Made by a program: the position numbers and the translations under genes. This document shows positions 22,081 through 32,562 of a stretch of DNA of 64,000 bases, one piece after another. Source of the stretch: an uncultured Clostridia bacterium. Lineage in GTDB: Bacteria; Bacillota; Clostridia; TANB77; CAG-508. Location of the stretch: positions 133,691 to 197,690 of the forward strand of contig CAPPGO010000003.1 of assembly GCA_948678575.1 (NCBI GenBank), given 5' to 3'. The notes under the pieces are model-generated. The model did not search any database and was not told the DNA's origin. It saw only the letters and a list, made by a program, of their open reading frames with translations. Every line of letters starts with the position of its first letter. The first letter of the stretch is position 1.

Positions 22081-23658
22081 CTATAAATAATTATCTGGTA
22101 AATCATTCTCTAATAAAATAACACTTGTTGCATCCATAATTTTACTCATTTTTGCTAAAGCTTCTTCTAAATTTTTAGCAATAAAAATTTGCCCTTCTGG
22201 ATATTTTTCTTCTTTTAATCCTGCATAAATTGGCTCTGCTTGTTTTTCTCCAACAAGTATTGCAAAATCGCAAGATGATGCAGCTGATTTTCCTAATTCT
22301 TTATTTATTTCAAAAGATTTTTCTCCTAAATCAACTATACCTGGTGTTATTAAAATTCTTTGTCTACCTTTAAAATTTTTAAGTACCTCAAGAGCCATTT
22401 TAGCTCCTCTTATATTTGAATTATAAGCATCATCAATTATAATACTTCCATTTGAACTTGGCTTTAATTCTAATCTGTGAGTAACTGGTTTAATATATTT
22501 AGCGCCAGTTTTTATCTGTTCTGCGGTTAAACCTAGCTTATCAGCTATTGCTACAGCTCCTACAATATTCAAAATATTTAAACTTCCTAATAATTTTGTT
22601 TTTATTGAAATTGGTTCTTTTCCTGGTATAACTACATCAAAATTTGAACCTCTTTCTGTAATTTCAATATTTGTAGCATAATAATCTGCATCTTTGCTTA
22701 AACCATATTTAACCATATTTTTTGAAATTTTTGAATTTCTAATATTTTCATCTTCCCAATTTACAAAAGCAATACCTTTATCATCTGGTAAACTATCTAC
22801 TAATTCTAATTTTGTTTTTCTAATATTATCTAAACTTTTAAATGTTTCTAAATGTTGTTCACCAATTGCTGTAACTATCCCATAAGTAGGATTTACAATA
22901 TCACAAATCTCTTTTATATCACCTACATATTTAGCTCCCATTTCACAAACAAATAAATTATCTGTTCTTGACAACTTTTCATTTACTGTTCTTACAACAC
23001 CCATTGTTGTATTATAACTTTCCGGTGTCATTAAAGTATTATATTTTTGAGAAAGTATTGTATTTACAATATGTTTTGTGCTTGTTTTGCCATAGCTTCC
23101 AGTAATACCAACTACTTTTAAACCATTTATACTCTTTAAATTTTGACTTGCTTTTCTACAAAATTTAGCTCTTATTGCTTTTTCAATTGGTCTATTTATT
23201 AAATTTACAACATATACAAATACGTAAGCAAAAATTGAAACAAAGTTTAATAACAGTATTTCTCCTAAATATTGTGACACAAAGCAAAATAATACAATTA
23301 AAATTAAATATGTTATTGCCATTCTATTTATTCTTGATGTAACTACAAATGGCTTTTTCTCTTTTGGTCTTTTTGATGTAAAAATAAGTGTTAAATATGC
23401 AATACAATTGAGTAAAATTCCCAAATTGCTGTTTATAAAAAACATAACAAAAACTGGAATTAATAATAATCCTATTGATTTTACATCAAAAACTGTTTTT
23501 ATGTTATTTTTCATCCATGCTAAGTATCTATCATTATAATAATTTTCTAATTGTAATATATGTAAACCATGGCGATTTTTCTTATAAAAATATATTGCAA
23601 AAAGAATAAAAGTAATTATAATCCACATTTGGTATTCAAATCTAGTATGTGTAAACAT
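22081..23658 (-). CDS. murF: Mur ligase family protein, MurF-like, with N-terminal ~170-aa polytopic membrane domain
   Basis: Mur ligase P-loop VVGITGSYGKTSTKHIV, then MurF-like central and C-terminal domains (EMGAKYVGDI, AIGEQHLETF, IIDDAYNSN). The first 170 aa contain about 5 predicted TM helices instead of the usual MurF N-domain. Immediately upstream of ddl. Confidence 0.55.
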   Translation of the reverse strand: MFTHTRFEYQMWIIITFILFAIYFYKKNRHGLHILQLENYYNDRYLAWMKNNIKTVFDVKSIGLLLIPVFVMFFINSNLGILLNCIAYLTLIFTSKRPKEKKPFVVTSRINRMAITYLILIVLFCFVSQYLGEILLLNFVSIFAYVFVYVVNLINRPIEKAIRAKFCRKASQNLKSINGLKVVGITGSYGKTSTKHIVNTILSQKYNTLMTPESYNTTMGVVRTVNEKLSRTDNLFVCEMGAKYVGDIKEICDIVNPTYGIVTAIGEQHLETFKSLDNIRKTKLELVDSLPDDKGIAFVNWEDENIRNSKISKNMVKYGLSKDADYYATNIEITERGSNFDVVIPGKEPISIKTKLLGSLNILNIVGAVAIADKLGLTAEQIKTGAKYIKPVTHRLELKPSSNGSIIIDDAYNSNIRGAKMALEVLKNFKGRQRILITPGIVDLGEKSFEINKELGKSAASSCDFAILVGEKQAEPIYAGLKEEKYPEGQIFIAKNLEEALAKMSKIMDATSVILLENDLPDNYL

Positions 23659-23679
23659 TTTAATCCTTTCCTACTCAAG

Positions 23680-24457
23680 TTATTTACTTGATATATCATT
23701 TTTAAAAAATTCATTTAATACTGCATTTACATTTTGAATATTCTCTAAATATGCAAAATGACTTCCACTAACATATTTTACAAGTCCACAATCTGGAATT
23801 AATTTTTCCATTTTTAGCGCATCTGAAAGTGGTGTTGCAGTATCTAAAGTGCCCCAAATTAAAAGCGTTGGTGCTTTTATATTTGGAAGTAATTTCGTTG
23901 AATCTTCATTTACTATTATTTTCATAGTTTCTTTTAAAACTGTTGGTGATGCTTTATAATCACTAGATCCAACTTTATTTAAAAGTTTTTCTTTAAATTC
24001 TTTTACTTTTGAAATATTAGGTAACAAATTTAAAAAGAATTTTCCAGTTTTAAAAAAACCAACTTTTGTATAATAACTGAAACTACGTTTTGGTTTTAAA
24101 CCTGCACTATCTATAAGTACAACTTTTCTTGGTGTAACTAACCCTCTACCGAACTGCATTTATAATAATTCTTCCACCATTTGAATGACCTATTAAAATA
24201 GGATTTTCAGCTTTTAATTTTTTCACAAGTTCTGCTAAAAAGTCGCCAAAATCATTACTGTTTAATGGATGTTCTGGTAAATCACTTTTTCCAAAACCTA
24301 CAACATCAACCAAGTATACTTTAAAATTTTCTTGCAAACTTTTTGCCATTGGTCTCATTGTTTCTAAATCTGTAAGCCATCCATGTAAAAGAATTACTGG
24401 TGTTCCGTTTCCATAAACTTCATAATTTATGTTCCAGTCTTTTACTTTTATTTGCAC
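23680..24457 (-). pseudogene. alpha/beta-fold hydrolase split by a frameshift at 24149..24159
   Basis: N-fragment ends at the nucleophile elbow IGHSNGGRIIINAVR*; C-fragment (MQFGRGLVTPRKVVLIDSAGLKP...SGSHFAYLEN) continues the same fold in another frame; stops flank the junction in both frames. Confidence 0.55.
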
Positions 24458-24602
24458 TCTTTTTCTCCTTTTTCTATGTATAATTATCCACTTTTTGAAA
24501 ACAAAAAGTGAATAACATTACTACAATTTATTCAAATTCTTAGTTTTTGTTACCATATATAATATAACATTTACCTATGCTTTGCAAGTCTTTAAGTCAA
24601 TT

Positions 24603-25940
24603 TTACATTGTTAGAGTTCCACCTGGTGTTTCTAAAATAACAAGTATATTTTCTTCTTTTCCTGTTTTCACATTTACATATACTAAAAATTCTTTATCAT
24701 CAACTTTTCCTTGAAATTCATAGCATAAAATTTCAGTTTTCCATTTGGTTGGAATTATAGCTTTTCTTTCAGAAGTAATTTTTAATTTATCATTTATTTT
24801 TTCTTTTGCTTCTTCTAATGTTATTTTTGCTTCTTCCAATTTTCTCTCTGTATGCGAATTTAGATATCCAGTAGTTTCTATGCCCAATATATCTCCATTA
24901 TCTAACGCAATTTTTACTTTTATTAAATCTGGATAAATTATTGTTCCATTTTGTTCATAAGCATAATTAACAGTAACAATATTTCCTTCTTTTATATAGT
25001 AGGTTTCTCTCATATTTTTGAAACCTTTTTTATCCAAAAACTCTTTTCCTTTTTTATCTGCCTCTGCTTCTGAAAGTTTATCTTCCTTCACATCTCTATT
25101 CAATGATGCATATATTACATGCCCACCTTTTTTGGAAACTGCAATACTAGCTGCCTGTTTATTTTTATAATCTATTGAAATATCATAATATGGAATTGAC
25201 GCTTTTTCTATAAAATTACTAATAACCTCATTTACCTCTCCATCAAAAAAGTCTTTGGCTATCTGTTTAGCCTTTTCTTCATCTATATCTTCACCTGTTA
25301 AACCTTTTTTATCTGCTTTTTCTACATGATTAGAATATGCACCATCATAAATTAATCCCTCATATTCGTTTAAATTACTATCTATATTTCCAAACATATC
25401 AACATTAGATACCGCTTGAGCAAACTGATTTACTGGTTTTATATTATTCCAAGACCACTCTTTAGAATTTAATTCATTTCCTAAAGTATTTAATGTATTT
25501 TCCAATTCTAAAGAATATTTATGCAATGTTTGTAAATTTTCAAAATCTTCATCTGTTAGTCTTTCTTGTCTTATATTTTTCTTAGACATTGTATAAGAAT
25601 AATCGCTTACTTGGTTTAAAAACTTAGAAGTTTGCATAAGTGTTTCATTAGTAAGTGGAATTTGTGCTAAATAGCTATTTGCTAAACTGCTATCTCTCCA
25701 AATTTGAACCAAAGTATCAGCAGAATATTCTGGACTTTTTGAAATCATTGCTTTTGCTAAATAATTTTCTACATTATTCACATAGTTTACAACGTTTGAA
25801 AAAGCTTCATTATAAGTATTAAGCCTTGTGTTAATATACTGTTCCCTTAATGTATAAGCATAATAACCTGTAATTAACATTAATAAAAATAAAACAATTA
25901 AAATAACTGTTTTTATATTTTCTTTTAAAAATTTCTTCAT
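24603..25940 (-). CDS. ypeB: germination protein YpeB-like (N-terminal TM anchor, C-terminal PepSY domains)
   Basis: N-terminal region colinear with Bacillus YpeB (NTYNEAFSNVVNYVNNVENYLAKAMISKSPEYSADTLVQIWRDSS...); PepSY-like C-terminus ...FLVYVNVKTGKEENILVI. Confidence 0.6.
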   Translation of the reverse strand: MKKFLKENIKTVILIVLFLLMLITGYYAYTLREQYINTRLNTYNEAFSNVVNYVNNVENYLAKAMISKSPEYSADTLVQIWRDSSLANSYLAQIPLTNETLMQTSKFLNQVSDYSYTMSKKNIRQERLTDEDFENLQTLHKYSLELENTLNTLGNELNSKEWSWNNIKPVNQFAQAVSNVDMFGNIDSNLNEYEGLIYDGAYSNHVEKADKKGLTGEDIDEEKAKQIAKDFFDGEVNEVISNFIEKASIPYYDISIDYKNKQAASIAVSKKGGHVIYASLNRDVKEDKLSEAEADKKGKEFLDKKGFKNMRETYYIKEGNIVTVNYAYEQNGTIIYPDLIKVKIALDNGDILGIETTGYLNSHTERKLEEAKITLEEAKEKINDKLKITSERKAIIPTKWKTEILCYEFQGKVDDKEFLVYVNVKTGKEENILVILETPGGTLTM

Positions 25941-26061
25941 ATCTTCTCTCCTTTTTTAATATTTTTTCCTTTTTATCTTAAAATATACTTAATTTTCCAA
26001 TGACTATTTATTTATTTTTCATTTCATGATATAATTCGCATAGTATATAAAGAGGTATCTT

Positions 26062-27186
26062 ATGAAAAAAATTTTAATTTTTTATGGTTCTTATGGTGGA
26101 GGACATTTATCTGCTGCGAAATCAATAAGAAGTTATTTAGAAGAAAACTATTCTGATATTAAAATAGAGATGGTTGACTGTATTGAATATATAAATAAAT
26201 ATGTAAATAAAGTTACAACAAGTGCTTATAAAGAACTCGCCAAAAAAGCTCCATGGGCTTGGAAAAGAGTTTATAATGATTCTAAAGATGGTGCTTTGGC
26301 AAAAATTTCTACAACATCTAATAAAGTTATGGCACACAAACTTAATATGTATATACAAGAATTTGCACCAGATTTAATTATTTCTACACATCCATTTAGT
26401 ACTCAAATGTGTGGTTTTTTAAAGAAAAAAGAAAAAATAACTTGTGAAATTGCTACAATTCTTACAGATTATCAAATGCACGAACAATGGTTAGAATTTT
26501 CAGAATATCAAGATTATTTCTTTGTTTCAAATGATAAAATGAAGCAAGACATGTGTAAAAAAGGAGTTTCTGAAAATAAGATTTTTGTTACTGGAATACC
26601 TGTATCTAACAGATTTTTAAAAAAATATAATCGTGAAGAAGTTTGTAAATTATTCGATTTAACTCCAAATAATGAAGTAGTATTATTTTTTGCTGGTGGA
26701 GAATTTGGACTTGGTAGAAACACAACTGTTATTATGTTAAAAGCATTAATTAGACTTTTCTCTAAATTACAAGTTGTTGCAATTTCTGGTAGAAATCCAA
26801 AAATTAATGCAAAATTTAAACAATTAGTAGAATCAACTGAAAGTAGTGATAGAATTAAAATTGTAGAATTTACTGATAAAGTCCCAGAACTTATGTCTAT
26901 TGCAAAATTTGTTATTACAAAACCTGGCGGACTTACTATTACAGAATCTTTAACTTCTCATTTACCAATACTTATTATAAATCCTATTCCTGGTCAAGAA
27001 GAAGAAAATGCTACATTTATTGAAGAAAATGGTGCTGGCATTTGGATAAAAAGCCATGATAATATCGCAAGACATTTAAAAAGTTTATACAGAAATCCAG
27101 ATTTACTTATAAATATGAAAAAATCCGCTGAAACTTTGGCTAAACCAAATTCAACAGAAAATATATGTAAAACGCTACTAAAATAG
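26062..27186 (+). CDS. GT28 glycosyltransferase, UgtP/MGDG-synthase-like (processive diacylglycerol glycosyltransferase)
   Basis: N-terminal GSYGGGHLSAA; C-terminal ITKPGGLTITES and PGQEEENATFIEENGAG motifs as in B. subtilis UgtP; extended -10 TGATATAAT upstream. Confidence 0.6.
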   Translation: MKKILIFYGSYGGGHLSAAKSIRSYLEENYSDIKIEMVDCIEYINKYVNKVTTSAYKELAKKAPWAWKRVYNDSKDGALAKISTTSNKVMAHKLNMYIQEFAPDLIISTHPFSTQMCGFLKKKEKITCEIATILTDYQMHEQWLEFSEYQDYFFVSNDKMKQDMCKKGVSENKIFVTGIPVSNRFLKKYNREEVCKLFDLTPNNEVVLFFAGGEFGLGRNTTVIMLKALIRLFSKLQVVAISGRNPKINAKFKQLVESTESSDRIKIVEFTDKVPELMSIAKFVITKPGGLTITESLTSHLPILIINPIPGQEEENATFIEENGAGIWIKSHDNIARHLKSLYRNPDLLINMKKSAETLAKPNSTENICKTLLK

Positions 27187-27198
27187 TAGCGTTTTTAT
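27170..27198. terminator. bidirectional rho-independent terminator between convergent GT28 and recR
   Basis: AACGCTACTA-AAA-TAGTAGCGTT 10-bp stem flanked by A4 and T5. Confidence 0.6.
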
Positions 27199-27204
27199 AC
27201 TTTA

Positions 27205-27804
27205 TTACATTTCACTTCTACCTTCTAATGCTTTGCTTAAAGTTACTTCATCTGTATATTCTAAATCTCCTCCTATTGGAATACCACGAGCAATTCTTGT
27301 AACTTTTACTCCTAATGGTTTAACAAGCTTTGATATATACATTGAAGTTGCCTCTCCTTCAACTCTGGGATTAGTCGCCAAAATAATTTCTTTAACTTCT
27401 CCTCCCATTATTCTAGAAAGCAATTCTTTAATTTTTATATCATCTGGCCCTACTCCATTCATTGGAGATATTGAACCATGAAGTACATGATAAACACCAT
27501 TAAATTCATGTGTTCTTTCCATTGCTAAAACATCTCTAACATCTTCTACAACACATATTGTACTTTCATCTCTTTTTGGATTTGAGCAAATATTACAAGG
27601 TTCTGTATCAGATATATTAAAACATTTTGAACAAAATTTTAAATTCTTTTTTGCATTTATAATTGAATCTGTAAATTCTTTTACTTCTTCATTACTTAAA
27701 TCTAACATATAGAAAGCTAATCTTTGAGCTGTTTTATGACCAATACTTGGTAACTTTTCAAAGCTTTCAATTAACTTTTCTATTGATGGTGCATAAAGTG
27801 ACAT
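27205..27804 (-). CDS. recR: recombination protein RecR
   Basis: HhH motif [12 protein letters not shown]; C4 zinc finger CSKC...CNIC; Toprim domain; 199 aa. Confidence 0.85.
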   Translation of the reverse strand: MSLYAPSIEKLIESFEKLPSIGHKTAQRLAFYMLDLSNEEVKEFTDSIINAKKNLKFCSKCFNISDTEPCNICSNPKRDESTICVVEDVRDVLAMERTHEFNGVYHVLHGSISPMNGVGPDDIKIKELLSRIMGGEVKEIILATNPRVEGEATSMYISKLVKPLGVKVTRIARGIPIGGDLEYTDEVTLSKALEGRSEM

Positions 27805-27822
27805 TTTTACTTCCTCTTTATC

Positions 27823-28167
27823 TTACATTAATCCTGGTATATTATATTTTCCCATTTGTGCTGCTTGAGCTTCATCAACTTTTCTTAAAGCTTCATTTGT
27901 AGCTGTTAAAATTAAATCTTGTAGCATTTCTACATCATCTGGATCAACAACATCTTTATCTAATTTAATTTCTTTTATAAATTTTGCTCCACTTACTTTT
28001 ACAGATACTGCTCCTCCACCAGCTGTTGCATCAAATTCTTTGCTAGCAAGTTCATTTTGTGAATTTTCAATATCAGCTTGCATTTTTTTAGCTTCTTTCA
28101 TAAGTTGGTTGATGTTCATTCCACCAAAACCTCCCATACCTCCTGGGAAACCTCCTCTTTTTGCCAT
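27823..28167 (-). CDS. ybaB: nucleoid-associated protein YbaB/EbfC
   Basis: 114 aa; MGGFGGMNINQLMKEAKKMQ...; conserved dnaX-ybaB-recR synteny. Confidence 0.8.
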   Translation of the reverse strand: MAKRGGFPGGMGGFGGMNINQLMKEAKKMQADIENSQNELASKEFDATAGGGAVSVKVSGAKFIKEIKLDKDVVDPDDVEMLQDLILTATNEALRKVDEAQAAQMGKYNIPGLM

Positions 28168-28180
28168 TAGTTTATCCTCC

Positions 28181-29767
28181 TTATTCTATTATATTTATAT
28201 CTATACCTAGCTCTTGCAAAGGTAATTTTTTTTCTTTTTCTTCTGGCATTTTAACCTTACTATCTTTTAATTTTATATTCATTTGATTTCCTGTAATTGC
28301 AAATATTGCTTTCATTAAATCGTTTCTATTATTTGGATCATTTATAACTTTTTCATTAAATGGTGTAAGTCCATTTGGAAATTCAATTTCTATATTTAAG
28401 TCATCAATTTGGACTGCTCTACTGTTTAAAAGTGTTGTATATAGCATCATTTTCTTACTTTGTTTTAAATTATCTATAACTTTTCTCCAAAAATCACTTT
28501 GATTAATTTTATTTGATGTTGTAACACTTCTTTTTGGTGCTATCTCTGCATTTGCAACTTTGGATTGCTTATCAGATGTATAATTATTTTGTGAACTTTG
28601 CACATTTTCTAATGAATTTATATTATTAATTTTACTCTCTAATTTATCTATTCTATTTTGTAATTCTTGAACATCTCCTGATGTCATATTTACTGACATA
28701 CAAGCTTTTATAATTCCTGTTTGAAACATTATAGTTTTTTGATTTGACCATTTTAAATTATTTTCTAATTCTGACAAACCATATATAATTCCTAAAAGCC
28801 TATCTTTATTAGCAGTTTCTGCTAAACTTTTTATATCTTCCAATTCTTCTATTGAATACAATGATAAATTTCCCGTTGCTTTATAAACTAAAATATCTTT
28901 TATATATTTAATTATTTCCCATAAGAAATTATATAAATCTTTTCCTTCATTTATGACTTCATCTACTGCACTTAATGCATCTATTTCATTGTTTTGAAGA
29001 ATTGCTTTTGATATTTTATTTATATATTGTAAATTTGGAATTCCAACTAAATCTTTAACTACATTAGCTGTAATTTCTTCTGTACTTTCTTGGCTACATC
29101 TTTCTAAAATACTGATAGCATCTCTCATTGCGCCTTCTGATAATACTGCAATAATATTTAATGCTTCTTCATTTATTTTTATATTAGCTTCATTACAAAT
29201 AATTTTTAATCTTTTTATAACATCTTCATTTGATATTTTTTTAAAATCAAATCTTTGACATCTTGAAAGAATTGTTGTTGGTAATTTTTGTGGTTCTGTT
29301 GTAGCTAAAATAAATTTAACATGTTCTGGTGGTTCTTCTAAAGTTTTTAATAAAGCATTAAAAGCACCAACTGACAACATGTGAACCTCATCTATTATAT
29401 ATACCCTATACTTTGCTTTTGTTGGCAAAAAGTTTACTTCATCTCTAATTGTTCTAATATCTTCTACACTATTGTTTGATGCAGCATCCATTTCAACAAC
29501 ATCTGTTAATGAACCATTTAAAATCTCTTTACATATTTCACATTCATTGCAAGGTTCTCCATCTTGGAGATTTAAACAATTTACTGCTCTTGCAAGAATT
29601 TTAGCAGATGATGTTTTTCCTGTTCCACGTCCACCATTAAATAAATATGCATGTCCCACTCTTTCTGCCATAATCTGATTTTTTAAAGTTTTTGTAATAT
29701 GATCTTGTCCAACCATATCTGCAAATTTGATTGGTCTAAATGTTCTATATAATGCTGTATATGCCAT
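28181..29767 (-). CDS. dnaX: DNA polymerase III subunits gamma/tau
   Basis: AAA+ clamp-loader motifs GGRGTGKTS; zinc module CNECEIC; SRC motif; 528 aa. Confidence 0.85.
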   Translation of the reverse strand: MAYTALYRTFRPIKFADMVGQDHITKTLKNQIMAERVGHAYLFNGGRGTGKTSSAKILARAVNCLNLQDGEPCNECEICKEILNGSLTDVVEMDAASNNSVEDIRTIRDEVNFLPTKAKYRVYIIDEVHMLSVGAFNALLKTLEEPPEHVKFILATTEPQKLPTTILSRCQRFDFKKISNEDVIKRLKIICNEANIKINEEALNIIAVLSEGAMRDAISILERCSQESTEEITANVVKDLVGIPNLQYINKISKAILQNNEIDALSAVDEVINEGKDLYNFLWEIIKYIKDILVYKATGNLSLYSIEELEDIKSLAETANKDRLLGIIYGLSELENNLKWSNQKTIMFQTGIIKACMSVNMTSGDVQELQNRIDKLESKINNINSLENVQSSQNNYTSDKQSKVANAEIAPKRSVTTSNKINQSDFWRKVIDNLKQSKKMMLYTTLLNSRAVQIDDLNIEIEFPNGLTPFNEKVINDPNNRNDLMKAIFAITGNQMNIKLKDSKVKMPEEKEKKLPLQELGIDINIIE

Positions 29768-29789
29768 TTTTACCTCCTAAAACTTAAAA

Positions 29790-29912
29790 GGCTTTCCTTT
29801 GGGAAGGCATGCAAACTCACATAAATACACTACTTATCGCTGCTTTCTTCCGAACCTGACGAGATTCATAGCTTTTTATTGAAGCATACCTTCCCAAAGA
29901 AAAGCCGTCTTA
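29790..29912 (-). ncRNA. ffs: signal recognition particle RNA, small (4.5S-type) form
   Basis: Minus-strand transcript whose 5' strand AGACGGCTTTTCTTTGGGAAGGTATGC pairs with its 3' strand GCATGCCTTCCCAAAGGAAAGCC. The apical region carries the domain IV consensus GTCAGGTTCGGAAGAAAGCAGCGATAAG. It occupies the conserved tadA-scr-dnaX slot, and only about 190 nt are available, which excludes the long Alu-containing form. Confidence 0.7.
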
Positions 29913-29924
29913 AATTCATTAATG

Positions 29925-29953
29925 ATTATATAATGGAAATTTTCTTTTTGCAA
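29925..29953 (-). promoter_or_regulatory. sigma-A promoter for ffs
   Basis: TTGCAA -35, 17 nt spacer, TATAAT -10, about 12 nt before the predicted RNA 5' end. Confidence 0.5.
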
Positions 29954-29960
29954 TACCTTT

Positions 29961-30689
29961 TTAAATTCTTTTAAATATTACATTAGAAAAATCTGTTAAT
30001 TCTATTTGTGAAGAACCTTTTTCTATTATTTCATCTGTTGGCATTTCCATACTTAAAGTACCTTTATAACTTACATTTGAATTTGTTTCTATTATAATGT
30101 CAAAACTTAATTGCAATTTAATTTCTTCCAAAGATACTCCTAAATTTTGAAGTAATCTTCCATCATATATGATTTCTGTATCCTCATTGGATAAATATCT
30201 TCCCAAATCTTCTAATGCTAATCTAAAACCTAGAACTCCTCCATTATTTGCAATTTCAAGTGATTTCATGTCATCTAATTTACCACCAGTATATACAATT
30301 TTATCATGCAAATAATCTTGTTCACTATATGTATATAAATTATCTAAATCTGCTGTTGGTCTATATATTTTTACATTTCCCTTTTGTGGTGATTTTACTA
30401 AATTAAAATTCTCGATAGTAATTTGTTTAATTGTTTCATCTGTTTCTTCTTTTGCATCTACATAAATATATAAATCATTTATTTCAGTAACATTTATATT
30501 CCAAATGTGTTCTGGATCATCACTAAATTCACCATCTACTGTACTAATCATAAGTATTTTATCAATTTCATAAGGCAAAGATTTTTCACCTTCTACTTCA
30601 TATCTAAGCATAATAGCAATGCCAATAGTTATTAAAATAATAACTACTGCTATAAATATACACCTTTTAAATAATTGATTTTTTTTCAT
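29961..30689 (-). CDS. hypothetical membrane-anchored protein (single N-terminal TM)
   Basis: 242-aa ORF overlapping the tadA stop by 23 nt (co-transcribed); N-terminal TM helix IFIAVVIILITIGIAIML. Confidence 0.4.
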   Translation of the reverse strand: MKKNQLFKRCIFIAVVIILITIGIAIMLRYEVEGEKSLPYEIDKILMISTVDGEFSDDPEHIWNINVTEINDLYIYVDAKEETDETIKQITIENFNLVKSPQKGNVKIYRPTADLDNLYTYSEQDYLHDKIVYTGGKLDDMKSLEIANNGGVLGFRLALEDLGRYLSNEDTEIIYDGRLLQNLGVSLEEIKLQLSFDIIIETNSNVSYKGTLSMEMPTDEIIEKGSSQIELTDFSNVIFKRI

Positions 30690-31149
30690 TTTTATTCCTC
30701 TCTCTTAAAAATTTGAAAAAATCTTTTAAAACTTTCTCACAATCTTTTTGTAATATATCTCTTTCAATTTCGATTGTATGATTAAATTTTACATCTTCTA
30801 ATAAATTTATTTTAGAACCACAAGCACCAGTTTTAGGATCATTTGTACCAATATACAATTTTCTAATTCGTGCATTAATTAAAGCTCCTGTACACATAGT
30901 ACATGGCTCTAATGTAACATACATATCACAATCTGTTAATCTCCAACTACCAAGCTTTTTACAAGCTTTTTGAATTGCTAAAATTTCAGCGTGTGAAATT
31001 GCACTTGAACTTGTCTCCTTCAAATTGTGTGCTCTTGCTATTACTTTATTATCTTTTACAATTATAGCTCCAACTGGTACTTCTTCTTTATCGTATGCTT
31101 TATTTGCTTCTTTTAGAGCTAATTTCATAAATTTTTCTTTATTTTCCAT
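30667..31149 (-). CDS. tadA: tRNA-specific adenosine deaminase
   Basis: CMP/dCMP deaminase zinc motifs HAEILAI and PCTMCTGAL; start MENKEKF at 31149; tracker N-extension rejected. Confidence 0.8.
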   Translation of the reverse strand: MENKEKFMKLALKEANKAYDKEEVPVGAIIVKDNKVIARAHNLKETSSSAISHAEILAIQKACKKLGSWRLTDCDMYVTLEPCTMCTGALINARIRKLYIGTNDPKTGACGSKINLLEDVKFNHTIEIERDILQKDCEKVLKDFFKFLRERNKNEKKSII

Positions 31150-31201
31150 ACCTAAATAATACCATATATCGACAAAAAACACAATAAAAGTTTTTTGGGG
31201 C

Positions 31202-31256
31202 AAAAAAAAACAGAGGTCGGACAGTATCACTATGATACGCCCTATTTTACCTCTTT
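31202..31256 (-). terminator. rho-independent terminator of secreted-protein gene B
   Basis: On the minus strand, stem AGAGGT/ACCTCT encloses a perfect GTATCA-TAG-TGATAC inner hairpin, followed by T9. Confidence 0.45.
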
Positions 31257-31338
31257 GAACTCAAACCAGCATTTAACTACTTAATAACTAATAACTCTCA
31301 TTCAAATTTTCAGCTACAATACTTGCAACATAACAAAA

Positions 31339-32562
31339 CTATTTGGTAAATTTTTTCCACTTTCCATTAGCTTTGTATTTGTTTACTCTGCCTGCTTTGT
31401 CCGTTTTGATGGCTGTAACTTTACTTGCGAACGATTTAACTGATTTTCCATCATAATAATAGCCTTTTTGATTTGGTAAGAACCAAACTGACGATCCCTT
31501 TGCAGAAACACCAAAGTCCTTTGCCCCAATGCTTTTTGAAAGCTTTTTATTCTTCCAATATAAGCAATTGTTTTTAGCTACTAAACTTCCGATAAGTGTT
31601 TTTCCGTTGTAAGCCATTGACTTATTGGAAAAATTTTTCACTTTGGAAACTTTTTTTGATGAAACTTTCTTAGGCTCCTTAATCACTTCTGATACAGGAT
31701 GTCTTTTCTTGTCAGTTACGATTTCTTTAATAAAGCCATTATCATTTTTATCAAACGAATATACAACTTCATCATTCAAAATCTCATACGCTGTTGAATA
31801 ACCATCTGCATACGTAAACTCATAAAGTTTTCCGCTCAAATCATAGACATATACAGAATACTGCGCCGTATAGCCTACAAATTTGCCACCTTTACAGGTT
31901 TTGGATAAAGTTTTTTTGAATTGTTTTACATACACACTGGAATTGTAGCATTCAGTTGTTGCAGTCAGTTTATTCTTAAAGTAGGCATCATAACCTATCT
32001 TTTCAGCATTTCCACCTACTGCATACTGATGAACATAGCTACCAGTTGTTACAGTGGCATCCTCATGTCGTGAATAACTTCCAGAGAATACCAGTTCTGA
32101 TAAACTTTTTACGGTTCCATCAGATAACATTACTTTTACAGCAAAATCTTCATTGTCCAAAACAAAATATTTGCCTGTAACGCTACTAACGCTCTGATAT
32201 GCATTACTTAATGATTCTTCCAACCGACGAATTTCTCCGCCATTTGATATTGCAAAAAACATTCCCGCTTTGTTTGTAGCCACTGTCGGCTCTTTCAAAG
32301 AGAAATTTGCAATGTCCTTCATACTAAGCACTCCTGACTGATCGTATAACTCTGCACCTTTCAATGCCATTCTGTCATCGATCTTGTAGGCATTTGCTTT
32401 GCCGTCAAAATCATAATGCTGTACATGAAACATACCGTTTTTATCATCTTTCCACTGATAGCCATAAGGCTCATTTGTGGACGCCTGAACGGTAATATTT
32501 GGAACAAATCCTAATAATGCAACTACTATTGCCAAACACAAACTCTTTAATGCTTTACTCAT
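31339..32562 (-). CDS. secreted protein of unknown function, paralog B (elevated GC about 36-38%)
   Basis: Start MSKALKSL at 32562 with RBS GAAGGGGGA and signal peptide; the tracker N-extension is rejected. Shares motifs with 32860..34095: PYG[YF].W.DD, HVQ.Y..D..A.AY.I.DR, KGGKFVGY..QYSV..YD, KNF..KSMAY.G. Confidence 0.6.
   Translation of the reverse strand: MSKALKSLCLAIVVALLGFVPNITVQASTNEPYGYQWKDDKNGMFHVQHYDFDGKANAYKIDDRMALKGAELYDQSGVLSMKDIANFSLKEPTVATNKAGMFFAISNGGEIRRLEESLSNAYQSVSSVTGKYFVLDNEDFAVKVMLSDGTVKSLSELVFSGSYSRHEDATVTTGSYVHQYAVGGNAEKIGYDAYFKNKLTATTECYNSSVYVKQFKKTLSKTCKGGKFVGYTAQYSVYVYDLSGKLYEFTYADGYSTAYEILNDEVVYSFDKNDNGFIKEIVTDKKRHPVSEVIKEPKKVSSKKVSKVKNFSNKSMAYNGKTLIGSLVAKNNCLYWKNKKLSKSIGAKDFGVSAKGSSVWFLPNQKGYYYDGKSVKSFASKVTAIKTDKAGRVNKYKANGKWKKFTK

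Noticed and set aside
29768-29960. Long Bacillus-type SRP RNA with Alu domain
   Set aside because: Only about 190 nt are available between flanking CDSs, and no Alu-domain motifs were recognised. The short form fits.
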